64,000 bases of DNA from an archaeon (lineage in GTDB: Archaea; Nanobdellota; Nanobdellia; Pacearchaeales; GW2011-AR1), in assembly GCA_043821945.1 (NCBI GenBank), contig JBDRCH010000005.1, positions 14,799 to 78,798 of the forward strand, read 5' to 3'. Within the stretch, counting starts at the first letter, position 1, and the number at the start of each line of letters is the position of its first letter. The notes below the pieces were generated by a model that searched no databases, had not been told where the DNA came from, and was given only the letters and a program-made list of their open reading frames with translations. Of this stretch, positions 38,298 to 48,267 are shown one piece after another. The position numbers and the translations under genes were made by a program.

Positions 38298-39749
38298 TCA
38301 TATCTTTCTAAACAAAACATCACTTTTTATAATTTTATTATTATCCCTAAGTGGTTTATCTATCTGCTTCCAATTAATTTCAAATCCAAATAGCTTTGCA
38401 ATTTTCTCACTTGCTGAAGGAATAAAAGGCCAAAGAAGAACACTAATCGATTTTATTGAATCAGCTAATTCATAAAGCACTTTCTTATCTTTAGTCTCCC
38501 AAGGTTTCTTATTCTGAACATACTCATTGCAAACATCAACAAAAGCAAAGATTTCATTCAAAACCTTATCAAACTCATAATTATTAAACAATTTTTCAAT
38601 TTTCTTAGTATTCAATTTCTTAATTAATTTATTCTCGCATTTTTCAAAACCATTTTTCTCAATCAAACCACTGACTCTTGAAACTAAATTCCCTAATTTA
38701 TTTGCAAGCTCATTATTATGTCTCTCAACTAAAGCCTGTTCTGAAAAATCTCCATCTTGACCAAAAACAAAATTCCTAGTAAGATAATATCTAATTGCAT
38801 CTACACCATATTTATCAACTAAAACCTTAGGGCTAATTGCATTTCCTAATGATTTAGAAATCTTTTCTCCATTAAAAGTCAAAAAACCATTTATTAAAAT
38901 TGTCTTAGGAGGTTCAATTCCAACACTCATTAACATTGAAGGCCAAATTACACAATGAAACCATGAATTATCAGTTCCCAAAATCTCAATATCAGCAGGC
39001 CAAAATTTTTTAAATTTATTATCTGGCCAATCAATTCCAGTAATATAATTAAGCAAAGCTTCATACCAAACATAAGTAACATGATTTTCATCAAGAGGAA
39101 AATCAATCCCCCAAGATATTTTATCTCTTGTTCTAGTAATACTCAAATCTTTTAATTCTTCTTTAACTCTATTAATTATCTCTTGTCTTCGAGATTTAGG
39201 CAAAATATAATCAGAATTTTTTTTATATAATTCAAGTAATTTATCCCGATATTTACTTAATTTAAAAAAATAAGCTTCTTCCTTTATCTCTTGGGGTTTT
39301 GAATTATAATGATAAGGACATTTCCCATCAACCAAATCCTTGGAAGTTACATAAGCTTCACAACCTTCACAATAAAGCCCAGAATAATTTCCTTTATATA
39401 TATCTCCATTATCGTGCATTAACTTAATAAATTTCTTAACCTTATTTTCGTGATCTTCATCAGTAGTTCTAATAAATCTATTAAAATCAACATTCAAAGA
39501 TTTCCACGCTTCCTCAAATTTCGGAGCCAAATCATCAACAAAATTTTTAGGAGTTTTTTTAATTTTCAAAGCACTCTTTGCAATCTTTTGTCCATGCTCA
39601 TCAGTTCCAGTAAGAAAAAAAACATCCTTTCCTCTAAGCTTGTTCCATCTAGCTAAAACATCTGCAATTACTTTTTGATATGCATGACCAATATGCGGTT
39701 CTGAATTAACATAATCAATTGCTGTTGTGATATAAAATTTATTTACCAT
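38298..39749 (-). CDS. metG: Methionyl-tRNA synthetase (catalytic core only)
   Basis: SEPHIGHAYQ (HIGH), KISKSLGN (KMSKS), CEGCEAY zinc knuckle. Confidence 0.88.
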   Translation of the reverse strand: MVNKFYITTAIDYVNSEPHIGHAYQKVIADVLARWNKLRGKDVFFLTGTDEHGQKIAKSALKIKKTPKNFVDDLAPKFEEAWKSLNVDFNRFIRTTDEDHENKVKKFIKLMHDNGDIYKGNYSGLYCEGCEAYVTSKDLVDGKCPYHYNSKPQEIKEEAYFFKLSKYRDKLLELYKKNSDYILPKSRRQEIINRVKEELKDLSITRTRDKISWGIDFPLDENHVTYVWYEALLNYITGIDWPDNKFKKFWPADIEILGTDNSWFHCVIWPSMLMSVGIEPPKTILINGFLTFNGEKISKSLGNAISPKVLVDKYGVDAIRYYLTRNFVFGQDGDFSEQALVERHNNELANKLGNLVSRVSGLIEKNGFEKCENKLIKKLNTKKIEKLFNNYEFDKVLNEIFAFVDVCNEYVQNKKPWETKDKKVLYELADSIKSISVLLWPFIPSASEKIAKLFGFEINWKQIDKPLRDNNKIIKSDVLFRKI

Positions 39750-39787
39750 TATTAATCAAGAAAATAAGAATATAAAAGATTAACTAA

Positions 39788-40327
39788 TTAAGACTTTTTC
39801 TTTATCTCAATTTCAATCATTCCAGAAGATTCATCTGCACTAATTAACTGAGGTTTAAGAATCTCTCTGTATAATTTTTCAGCTTGATTCCTAGGAAGAT
39901 TTGCAATATCAACAATCGCAGAGATATATTCCTCATCATCAAAATCTCTGCCTTCTCTTAGACCATAAGTTAACATAATTTTCACTTTAGGAGGTTTTAT
40001 TTCTTTACGCTTATTTTGCAAAGGAATGCTCCATTTCTTATAATTCTTCTCAAACCAGTTAACTGCCTCACTTATACTTATCTTACTCTTTCTTCCTGTC
40101 TTAGAAGAGATATAACCTATTGCAGGGCTATCATCAATTATATTTTCTTTATTTAATAAACGAGAGTAAATTTCCTGAATGAGCTCCTGCTCAGCACTTG
40201 TAAAATAACCTCCAAGTTGTGCTAACATCCTACCTGCCCTACCATAAAGAACAGCTTTCTCTATTAAGTCTGTTAAATCTTTTCCCACAAAATAAATATA
40301 AATCACAACTATATAAAAATTTATCAA
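39788..40327 (-). CDS. Hypothetical protein (179 aa)
   Basis: ORF only. Confidence 0.3.
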   Translation of the reverse strand: MINFYIVVIYIYFVGKDLTDLIEKAVLYGRAGRMLAQLGGYFTSAEQELIQEIYSRLLNKENIIDDSPAIGYISSKTGRKSKISISEAVNWFEKNYKKWSIPLQNKRKEIKPPKVKIMLTYGLREGRDFDDEEYISAIVDIANLPRNQAEKLYREILKPQLISADESSGMIEIEIKKKS

Positions 40328-40350
40328 CTCCAGAACATAGATTTAGCTAG

Positions 40351-40421
40351 GCGTCATTAGTTTAGTGGTAGAATTCAAGCTTCCCAAGTTTGTGATGCGG
40401 GTTCGATTCCCGCATGGCGCA
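40351..40421 (+). tRNA. tRNA-Gly (anticodon CCC)
   Basis: acceptor GCGTCAT/ATGGCGC, anticodon stem CAAGC/GTTTG, loop TTCCCAA, T arm GCGGG-TTCGATT-CCCGC. Confidence 0.8.
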
Positions 40422-40458
40422 TAACTTTTATTAACCTTTTTTTCTTGTTGTAATAAAG

Positions 40459-41853
40459 ATGGTGAAAAAATTATCTAAAGAAGAACTTTCTAAAATAAAA
40501 AGCCAAAAGAAAAAAGCAAGACATGAGAATATAAAAGAAGGCATATTCGCAACAGGAAGAACTTCATTTGGAGATTATTTTGTTTCTCCATTTGCGATTG
40601 CAATTAATTCAAGTAGTTCAATGGTTGCAATGCTTAATTCTATTTCAGGACTTCTCGGACCAATAAGTCAATTATTTGGATCAAGACTTATGGAAAAATA
40701 TTCTCGGAAAAAAATTATGGTAAAATCTGTTTTTTTAGAATCACTTATGTGGTTGCCTTTAATCGCAATTTCAATTTTGTATTATAAAGGAATTTTAATA
40801 AATATTCTTCCAATTTTACTTTTGCTTTTCTTCTCATTTTTCACAATTCTTGCAAATATCGGAAGCCCTGCATTTTTTTCATGGGTGGGGGATTTAGTAG
40901 AAGAAAAACGTAGAGGAAGATGGTTTGCAAAAAGAACCCTTCTGACAGGGTTTATTTCAGTTATATTAGCAATATCAGCCTCATTTTTTTTAGATTATTT
41001 TAAAAGAAACAATTCAATAATGCAAGGATTTGTTATTCTATTTGCACTTGCACTTTTCTCAAGATTAATTTGCTGGAAAATTTATAAAAAGCAATATGAA
41101 CCAAAACTAAAACTAAAAAAAGGGGACTATTTTTCATTTTGGGATTTCATAATTCAAGCACCAAAAAACAATTTCGGAAAATTCTCCATATTCAGATTTT
41201 TCTTTTCATTTGCCTGTGCAATCTCTTCCCCTCTTTTAGTAATTTACCTTCTTAGATACCTAAATTTTTCCTATACTTTATATATGATAATAATCTTTTC
41301 AGGGACCATATTTTCTCTATTAATATTAGAACTTTGGGGGAAAATTTCAGATAAACTTGGAAGTTATAAAACACTTTCTATCGCAACTCTAATCATCCCA
41401 ATAGTTCCTTTACTTTGGATAGTATCGCCATCTCCAGTTTATCTCATATTTGTTCCGTCCCTTATTAGTGGAATTTCATGGGCTGGATTTCACCTAACTG
41501 AAAAAAATTTCATTTATGACAATGTAAGCACCCCAAAAAGAGGTCTCGCACTATCTTATTATAATCTACTTTGGGGGATAGGAACATTCTTGGGCGCGGG
41601 TTTAAGCGCAATATTGATAAAATATCTCACAATATCGATAATTGAACCAATAATAGCAATTTTTATTTTAAGTTCTATAGCAAGAATGATTGTAATATTT
41701 TTATGGCTCCACAAAATAAAAGAAATAAGAGTAACAAAAAAATTCAACAATTCAAAAATCTTTAAAGAGATCATAACTAAAGAAGCAAGACCAACAATCA
41801 ATCAAGAAATTCATGAGATCATGTCTATAAAAAAATATCTCGATGTAAAATAA
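40459..41853 (+). CDS. Major facilitator superfamily transporter
   Basis: ~12 predicted TM helices, basic loop between TM2 and TM3. Confidence 0.5.
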   Translation: MVKKLSKEELSKIKSQKKKARHENIKEGIFATGRTSFGDYFVSPFAIAINSSSSMVAMLNSISGLLGPISQLFGSRLMEKYSRKKIMVKSVFLESLMWLPLIAISILYYKGILINILPILLLLFFSFFTILANIGSPAFFSWVGDLVEEKRRGRWFAKRTLLTGFISVILAISASFFLDYFKRNNSIMQGFVILFALALFSRLICWKIYKKQYEPKLKLKKGDYFSFWDFIIQAPKNNFGKFSIFRFFFSFACAISSPLLVIYLLRYLNFSYTLYMIIIFSGTIFSLLILELWGKISDKLGSYKTLSIATLIIPIVPLLWIVSPSPVYLIFVPSLISGISWAGFHLTEKNFIYDNVSTPKRGLALSYYNLLWGIGTFLGAGLSAILIKYLTISIIEPIIAIFILSSIARMIVIFLWLHKIKEIRVTKKFNNSKIFKEIITKEARPTINQEIHEIMSIKKYLDVK

Positions 41854-41890
41854 TCACAAAATATTTAAAGAAGCTCCTTTTGAAATTATA

Positions 41891-42556
41891 ATGTTCAAGA
41901 AGAAAAATTGTAAAAGATGCGGTAGGAAAATAAACCTTAATTATGATTTTTGTCCTTCTTGCGGAAATCCCCTAAATAAAAGTTCAAATGAAAATTGGGG
42001 TATGCTAGGTAAAAATGATTTTATTCCATTGAATAATGAGTTACAACTTCCAATAGGCTTTAACAAGATTTTTAATTCATTAGTAAAATCTCTTGGAAAA
42101 GAATTAAATAGAGAGTTTTCAAATATGAATCAACCTTCTAAAAAGAATTCAAAAGAATTCAAAAAAAGCGGAGTGAGCATTAAGATTTCTACAATTGGAA
42201 ATAACCCCCCAAAAATACAAATAGATTCATTTGGAGATGGAAATAGAAAAAATCCAAAAGAAGAAATTAAAGTAAAAAGAATAAATCTTCCAAAAGGAAA
42301 TATAAAAAACAATTCAAATTTACCAAAACAAGAACCAGCAACAAACATAAAGAGGTTTTCAGACAAAGTTATATATGAAATAGAAATACCTGGAGTTAAA
42401 TCTGTAGAAGATCTCTCAATAACACAACTTGAAAACAGCATTGAAATAAAAGCTCTTGCAAAAGACAAGATATATTTTAAGTTAATCCCAATAAGTCTGC
42501 CAATAACAGATTATAATCTTTCTAAAGGAAAACTAATTCTTGAACTAGGAGAATAA
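41891..42556 (+). CDS. Zinc-ribbon protein with a C-terminal Hsp20/alpha-crystallin-like domain
   Basis: CKRCG..CPSCG ribbon; C-terminal EIEIPGVKSVEDLSITQLENSIEIKA resembles the sHSP core. Confidence 0.45.
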   Translation: MFKKKNCKRCGRKINLNYDFCPSCGNPLNKSSNENWGMLGKNDFIPLNNELQLPIGFNKIFNSLVKSLGKELNREFSNMNQPSKKNSKEFKKSGVSIKISTIGNNPPKIQIDSFGDGNRKNPKEEIKVKRINLPKGNIKNNSNLPKQEPATNIKRFSDKVIYEIEIPGVKSVEDLSITQLENSIEIKALAKDKIYFKLIPISLPITDYNLSKGKLILELGE

Positions 42557-42565
42557 AAGATTATA

Positions 42566-42640
42566 TGAGGCTGCACGGATTTGAACCGTGGACCCCTGCC
42601 TTATCAGAGCAGTGCTCTAGCCAGGCTGAGCTACAGCCTC
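42566..42640 (-). tRNA. tRNA-Ile (anticodon GAT)
   Basis: acceptor GAGGCTG/CAGCCTC, anticodon stem CTGCT/GGCAG, loop CTGATAA, T arm CACGG-TTCAAAT-CCGTG. Confidence 0.85.
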
Positions 42641-42724
42641 ATACAAAATTCAAAGAATTAAGTTATTTATAAGTTTTGTTAATTCAAACCCAAACTTTAA
42701 AAACCAAAATTCTATCAATATTTC

Positions 42725-43297
42725 ATGACAAAAGGATTATATCATTATTTAAGAAATGCTTGGAAAAAACCCGACAAAAAAACTCTTAGAGAAAGAATGA
42801 TCGAATGGAGAAGATCACAGGTTTTTACAAAAGTTGATAAACCACTTAGACTAGATCGGGCTCGAGCTTTAGGATACAAAAGTAAAAAAGGTTTTATAAT
42901 AATTAGAATAAGAGTGAAAAGAGGAGGTCATAAAAGACCAAGACCAAATAAAGGAAGAAGAAGCAAACGACTTCACACAAGAAAAAATTTAAAGATGTCT
43001 TACAAATGGATTGCAGAACAAAGAGTTGAAAGAAAATACAAAAATTTAGTTGTATTAAATTCATACCAAATTGGTAAAGACGGTATGAATTATTTTTATG
43101 AAGTAATCTGTGTAGACCCGCAAAGACCAGAAATCAAAAACGACAAAACAATAAACTGGACAACAAAAAAAATTAATCAAAAAAGAGCAATGAGAGGATT
43201 AACTTCAGCTGCAAAGAAATCTAGAGGATTAAGAAACAAACATCCAACTTCAAAAGTTAGACCTTCTGTCCGAGCTGGTAAAAGACGAGGGAAATAA
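42725..43297 (+). CDS. rpl15e: 50S ribosomal protein L15e
   Basis: MTKGLYHYLRNAWKKP...ERMIEWRR...LDRARALGYK...RVKRGG signature. Confidence 0.85.
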   Translation: MTKGLYHYLRNAWKKPDKKTLRERMIEWRRSQVFTKVDKPLRLDRARALGYKSKKGFIIIRIRVKRGGHKRPRPNKGRRSKRLHTRKNLKMSYKWIAEQRVERKYKNLVVLNSYQIGKDGMNYFYEVICVDPQRPEIKNDKTINWTTKKINQKRAMRGLTSAAKKSRGLRNKHPTSKVRPSVRAGKRRGK

Positions 43298-43537
43298 CCA
43301 CATAAATTATAAACTTTCTAAAGGATTTTTTGTATTGATTAAATTTGGAGAAGCAATATGTGTATAAATTAAAGTTGTTTCATCAAATTACGATTTAAAT
43401 AGAGTATTTCTTTCATCTCGTTCTGCATACTTTGTAACACGATAAAGATTTCTCGCCTTGATTTTCGTTCTTGATGTATTGCATTCGCTCTTTAGATAGA
43501 ACGCCCTTGAAAATAACTCTTCAGATTTCCTCCACTT

Positions 43538-43555
43538 CGACCACGCTGCGCTTTC
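43538..43555. repeat. GC-rich 18-mer CGACCACGCTGCGCTTTC, copy 1 (within an extended ~40-nt similar block 43529-43570)
   Basis: identical 18-mer found at 51431-51448; flanking CCACTTCG also shared. Confidence 0.7.
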
Positions 43556-43647
43556 ACTCCACTTGTTCCGTTTGGGAAGTTTAACAGCAATTATACGACA
43601 TTGTTGAAAAATAAAAATTATATAAACTCTTTATCTCTCTTTTCTCT

Positions 43648-44229
43648 ATGCAATTAAAAAAAAGTGAAACACAAAAAAATTTATTAAAAGCATTTGCAGG
43701 TGAAAGCCAAGCAAGAAACAAATATACTTATTTTGCGTCAGTTGCAAAAAAAGAAGGCTATGAACAAATTTCAGCAATATTTACAGAAACAGCAGATAAT
43801 GAAAAAGAACATGCAAAGATTTTCTTTAAACATTTACAAGAATGCGAAGGTGAAGCTTTAGAGATTACAGCAGATTATCCAGCAGGAAAAATCGGCACAA
43901 CAAAAGAAAATCTCTTAGCATCTGCAGAAGGAGAAAAAGCAGAATGGGGTGAAATATATCCTAAATTTGAAAAAACAGCTAGGAAAGAGGGCTTTGAAGA
44001 AGTTGCAAAATCATTTAAAGAAATTGGAGAAGTTGAAGAACAACATGAAAGAAGATATCGGAAATTATTAGAAAATATAGAACAAAATCAAGTTTTCAAA
44101 AAATCAGAAGAAGTAGAATGGAAATGCAGGAATTGTGGTTATATTCATAAAGGCTTAAAAGCTCCACAAATTTGTCCTGCATGCGAGCACCCCCAAGTAT
44201 ATTATGAACTACAATGTAAAAATTATTAA
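43648..44229 (+). CDS. rbr: Rubrerythrin (ferritin-like diiron domain + C-terminal rubredoxin-like domain)
   Basis: FAGESQARNKY diiron motifs, EKEHAKIF, C-terminal CRNCG...CPACEHP. Confidence 0.85.
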   Translation: MQLKKSETQKNLLKAFAGESQARNKYTYFASVAKKEGYEQISAIFTETADNEKEHAKIFFKHLQECEGEALEITADYPAGKIGTTKENLLASAEGEKAEWGEIYPKFEKTARKEGFEEVAKSFKEIGEVEEQHERRYRKLLENIEQNQVFKKSEEVEWKCRNCGYIHKGLKAPQICPACEHPQVYYELQCKNY

Positions 44230-44237
44230 AATTATTC

Positions 44238-44555
44238 TCAATCATTCCTCTCTCGACAACTAGCCCAATATTCATTCATTTCAATTCCTGCCTTAAAATG
44301 GCTCTCACCATTTACTCTAAGTTTCCAGTAAATTATCTGACCATTAACAGTATCAATTCTTCTAAGAACTCTTTTCCAAGTTCTCTTTGTAGCACCTCTT
44401 TTTTGAGGAGACGCTTTAACATCCTTAAGATCTTTTTCTACTTCTTTTTTCCATGCTAAAACTTCCTTCATCTCTTCTTGAATTTCTTTATATTTTTCTT
44501 TAATTTCTTCCTCTGTTAAAGGGTCTTTCTTAAGTCTAACATATCTCAAGCTCAT
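44238..44555 (-). CDS. Hypothetical protein (105 aa)
   Basis: ORF only. Confidence 0.3.
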   Translation of the reverse strand: MSLRYVRLKKDPLTEEEIKEKYKEIQEEMKEVLAWKKEVEKDLKDVKASPQKRGATKRTWKRVLRRIDTVNGQIIYWKLRVNGESHFKAGIEMNEYWASCRERND

Positions 44556-44640
44556 TTTAAAGGATAACTTATCTGATTTAAATATCTTTTCAAAAATTAT
44601 CCATCAAAAAATATATTAACTGCTTCAGATTAAATTTCTT

Positions 44641-45027
44641 ATGACACAAATTCAACAAATCTATAAATGTGACATATGTGGAAATATAATTGAAGTTTTG
44701 CATTCTGGAGCAGATGCTTTAGTTTGTTGCAATCAACCAATGATTTTACAAAAAGAAAATTCAATAGACGCTGCAAATGAAAAGCATATCCCTGTAATTG
44801 AAAAAACACCTGAAGAAAAAACAATTGTCAAAATAGGAAAAATTGAACATCCTATGACAAATGAACATTATATTGAATGGATTGGTTTAGAAAATAAGGA
44901 CAAAAACAAAATCTGCAGAAAAAATTTAAAACCAGAAGAAAAACCAGAATCAAAATTTTGTGCTAAAACAGAAAATGTAAAAGCAAGATGTTATTGCAAT
45001 TTACATGGATTATGGAAAAGTAAATAA
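44641..45027 (+). CDS. dfx: Desulfoferrodoxin (class I superoxide reductase)
   Basis: N-terminal desulforedoxin YKCDICGNIIEVL..LVCCNQPM; SOR domain EKHIPVIE, HPM..EHYIEWI, CNLHGLW. Confidence 0.85.
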   Translation: MTQIQQIYKCDICGNIIEVLHSGADALVCCNQPMILQKENSIDAANEKHIPVIEKTPEEKTIVKIGKIEHPMTNEHYIEWIGLENKDKNKICRKNLKPEEKPESKFCAKTENVKARCYCNLHGLWKSK

Positions 45028-45030
45028 GAA

Positions 45031-45459
45031 ATGAAACTTCTAAAAGAGATAAAATTCATTGTAATACATCATTCTCATAGGAATATAGATTCAATTGAAA
45101 GGATCAAAAACATTCATGTCAATATAAACAAATGGGAAGATATTGGTTATCACTGGATCATTGACAAAGAGGGTAATCTCATAAAAGGAAGAAATGAAAA
45201 ATATATTGGAGCTCATGTTTATGGACACAACGATAATTCATTAAGTGTTTGTCTAATTGGAAATTTGGATGAATTTTATCCAACTCAAAAACAAATTCAA
45301 ACATTGATTAAATTTCTAAAAGAGAATTCATTAAAATACAAAATTCCAAAAGAAAATATTCTTGGACATAATGAATTTACAAATGTTACAAAAACTTGCC
45401 CTGGAAAACTCCTAAACATAGATGAAATTAAAGAGATAATGAATGATACCAAATCTTAA
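45031..45459 (+). CDS. Zinc N-acetylmuramoyl-L-alanine amidase (Amidase_2, T7-lysozyme/PGRP/AmpD fold), no signal peptide
   Basis: IVIHHS (Zn His), GYHWII (catalytic Tyr), LGHNEF (Zn His), TKTCPG (Lys/Cys) align with T7 lysozyme. Confidence 0.85.
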   Translation: MKLLKEIKFIVIHHSHRNIDSIERIKNIHVNINKWEDIGYHWIIDKEGNLIKGRNEKYIGAHVYGHNDNSLSVCLIGNLDEFYPTQKQIQTLIKFLKENSLKYKIPKENILGHNEFTNVTKTCPGKLLNIDEIKEIMNDTKS

Positions 45460-45493
45460 AAACTCCCTTCTCATTATAACCTAACAAAAGAGA

Positions 45494-47200
45494 ATGAGAT
45501 ACAAAAAATTAGCACAACTTTATGAAGAACTTTCCTCTACAACAAAACGTCTCGAAAAGATAGAGACTCTCTCAAAATTCTTAAAATATTTGCCAAAAGA
45601 AGATAAAGATATTATGTATTTACTCTTGGGAGATATTTATCCAGAATATGACGAAAGAAGGATTGGTATAAGCAGTCAATTAGCAATAAAAGCAATTTCC
45701 AAATCAACAGGAACTCCTGAAAAAAAAGTGATTCATGAATGGAAAATTTTGGGTGACCTTGGTCTTGTTGCTGAAAAATTTACTTTGCATAAAAAACAAA
45801 CAACTCTTGATTCCCATGTTTTAACAATGAAAAAAATCTTAGAAAATCTAAGAAAACTCCCTGAACTCGAAGGAAAAGGAACAGTTGCGAAAAAACTTTC
45901 ACTAATAACAGAACTTCTAACTTCAGCAGATCCAATTGAAGCAAAATATTTAGTGAGAACATTAATTGGAGATTTAAGAATAGGGGTTAAAGAAAGCACA
46001 ATAAGAGATTCCATAGCAGAAGCATTTTTTGATGACAAAAAACAGGCTACTAAAAAAATACAAAAAGCTATTGATAAATCAAATGATCTGTCGAGAGTTT
46101 TTGAAGTTGCACAAAAAAGCAAATTAAAAGAACTAGACAAGGTGCATCTTCAAGTTGGAAAACCAATAAAAGCAATGCTAGCTCAAAAAGTCCTAACAAT
46201 TGCCGAAGGATTTAAAGCATTAGGAAAACCCTGCGCAGTAGAATATAAATACGATGGATTCCGAATGATTATTCACAAAAAAGGTAACCAGATAATTTTA
46301 TTCACTCGAAGTCTTGAAAATGTAACTAAACAATTTCCTGAAGTTGTTGATTATATTCTAAAATATGTAAAAGGAGATTCATTCATCTTAGATTCAGAAG
46401 CAGTAGGATTTCATAAAAAAACAAAAGAATACACTCCATTTCAAGACATCAGTCAGAGAATAAGAAGAAAATATTCTATAGAAAAAATTCAAAAAGAACT
46501 GCCAATTGAAATAAATGTTTTTGACATTTTATATTACAATGGAAAATCGCAATTAGACGAACCTTTCAAAAAAAGAACAGAATTAATAAAAAAAATTATC
46601 CAAAAACATCCTTATAAGATAATTCATGCAAAACAAATAATTACTTCTGATGAAAAAAAAGCAAAAGAATTTTACGAAAGAGCGCTTAAAGACAATCAAG
46701 AAGGAGTTATGATGAAAAACCTTGAAGCAAAATACCAACCAGGTTCAAGAGTGGGTCATATGCTAAAAATAAAACCAGAAGAAAGAGATCTTGATCTTGT
46801 AATAACCGGTGCAGAATATGGGACAGGAAAAAGAAGTGGTTGGCTTTCAAGTTTTATTTTATCTTGTAGAAATGAAAAAGGAGAATATTTGGAAATAGGA
46901 AAAGTTGGAACAGGAATTAAAGAAAAAGCAGATCAAGGAATTTCATTTGGAGAATTAACTGAAAAAATAATGCCTCTGATTATTTCAGAAAAAGAAAAAT
47001 CAGTAAAAATAAAACCAAAAATAATTGTCTCAGTAACTTACCAAGAAATCCAAAAATCACCAAATTACAATTCTGGGTGGGCATTAAGATTCCCGAGATT
47101 CACAGCTCTCAGGCAAGACAAACCTCTTTCCGAAATTGCAACATTAAAAGAAATTGAAAAAGATTTTCAAAACCAAAAAAGAAACTGGAGATATGGTTGA
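45494..47200 (+). CDS. lig: ATP-dependent DNA ligase
   Basis: adenylation motif I AVEYKYDGFR, motifs III-VI, OB domain. Confidence 0.88.
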   Translation: MRYKKLAQLYEELSSTTKRLEKIETLSKFLKYLPKEDKDIMYLLLGDIYPEYDERRIGISSQLAIKAISKSTGTPEKKVIHEWKILGDLGLVAEKFTLHKKQTTLDSHVLTMKKILENLRKLPELEGKGTVAKKLSLITELLTSADPIEAKYLVRTLIGDLRIGVKESTIRDSIAEAFFDDKKQATKKIQKAIDKSNDLSRVFEVAQKSKLKELDKVHLQVGKPIKAMLAQKVLTIAEGFKALGKPCAVEYKYDGFRMIIHKKGNQIILFTRSLENVTKQFPEVVDYILKYVKGDSFILDSEAVGFHKKTKEYTPFQDISQRIRRKYSIEKIQKELPIEINVFDILYYNGKSQLDEPFKKRTELIKKIIQKHPYKIIHAKQIITSDEKKAKEFYERALKDNQEGVMMKNLEAKYQPGSRVGHMLKIKPEERDLDLVITGAEYGTGKRSGWLSSFILSCRNEKGEYLEIGKVGTGIKEKADQGISFGELTEKIMPLIISEKEKSVKIKPKIIVSVTYQEIQKSPNYNSGWALRFPRFTALRQDKPLSEIATLKEIEKDFQNQKRNWRYG

Positions 47201-47257
47201 AAAATTAAGAATAAATTATTAAAAAAATTTAAAAGCCCCTTTTATCTATTATATGGC

Positions 47258-48235
47258 ATGGAAAAGGGGTTATACTTATCAACATTAGTTTTTATTTTTT
47301 TGATTAATCTTGTTAGTTCAGATATCGGGGTTTTGGGTTCAGATGGAAAAAATTATTCGATTGTTAATCAAGGTGAAGACTTTGAATATAATTTGATGAT
47401 TAGAAACAACCAGCAGATTGGATCAAATCTTTATGTAACTCAAGTAAATATAATCCTTCCGACTCATCTTAAATTCAAACAAGGAACAGAATACACAAAT
47501 GCACTTTATGAAAATTTTTCAAACACAAGTTCAGTATTAAGCTGGAGTAACCTAACTGGTTTTCTTATTGCTGAAGAAGAAACAAAAAATTTCAAATTTA
47601 CAGCAAACACAAACACTGAAGATAATTTTACAATAGGTATATGGGCAAGAGACCCTTCAGGACAATCTATTTCAGAATTTTATGTAAACATCAATTTAAC
47701 ACAAAGTCCTTTAGGGTGTGTTTCTAATTGGACTTGTACAGACTGGTCTGATTGCACAGGAGGATTTCAAACAAGAACGTGTGAAGATGAAAATGAATGT
47801 GAAAATGAATCAGGAAAGCCTCTTGAAAGAGGATACTGCTCTTCAACAGAATGTGTTCAAAAATGGAATTGTACAAAATGGTCTGAGTGTATAGGGGAAT
47901 CTCAAATAAGAAGTTGTGTTGATACAAATTTATGTGGAAATAATTCACAAAAACCACTAGAATCACAATCATGTACTCCAACAACAAATTGCATTTCCCA
48001 ATGGAGTTGTGGAGAATGGAGTAAGTGTATAGAAAACTCTCAAATAAGAACATGCGCTGATATAAATAAATGTGGAGAGTATGAAACTAAACAAGAGACA
48101 AAAAATTGCAAAAGAGATGCCCTATTAATTTTTATAATAATAGTCATAATCTTAATAACAATAACAATAATTGTAACAATAATAACAATAGAAACTATAA
48201 GAAAAAATTCATATGAAAAAATTGAAACTCAATAA
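47258..48235 (+). CDS. Surface protein with signal peptide, four tandem ~45-aa Cys-rich repeats and a C-terminal TM anchor
   Basis: repeats C..W.C(T/S).WS.C...Q.R.C.D.N.CG; C-terminal LLIFIIIVIILITITIIVTIITI. Confidence 0.5.
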   Translation: MEKGLYLSTLVFIFLINLVSSDIGVLGSDGKNYSIVNQGEDFEYNLMIRNNQQIGSNLYVTQVNIILPTHLKFKQGTEYTNALYENFSNTSSVLSWSNLTGFLIAEEETKNFKFTANTNTEDNFTIGIWARDPSGQSISEFYVNINLTQSPLGCVSNWTCTDWSDCTGGFQTRTCEDENECENESGKPLERGYCSSTECVQKWNCTKWSECIGESQIRSCVDTNLCGNNSQKPLESQSCTPTTNCISQWSCGEWSKCIENSQIRTCADINKCGEYETKQETKNCKRDALLIFIIIVIILITITIIVTIITIETIRKNSYEKIETQ

Positions 48236-48267
48236 GTTTATAAACCAATTTCATTATTTAAACTAAA

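Noticed and set aside
38116-38301. 61-aa ORF between metG and the tRNA-binding-domain gene
   Set aside because: No motif, different frame from both neighbours. Likely a chance ORF in the spacer. I checked that metG and the downstream domain are separated by stop codons, so it is not a linker exon.
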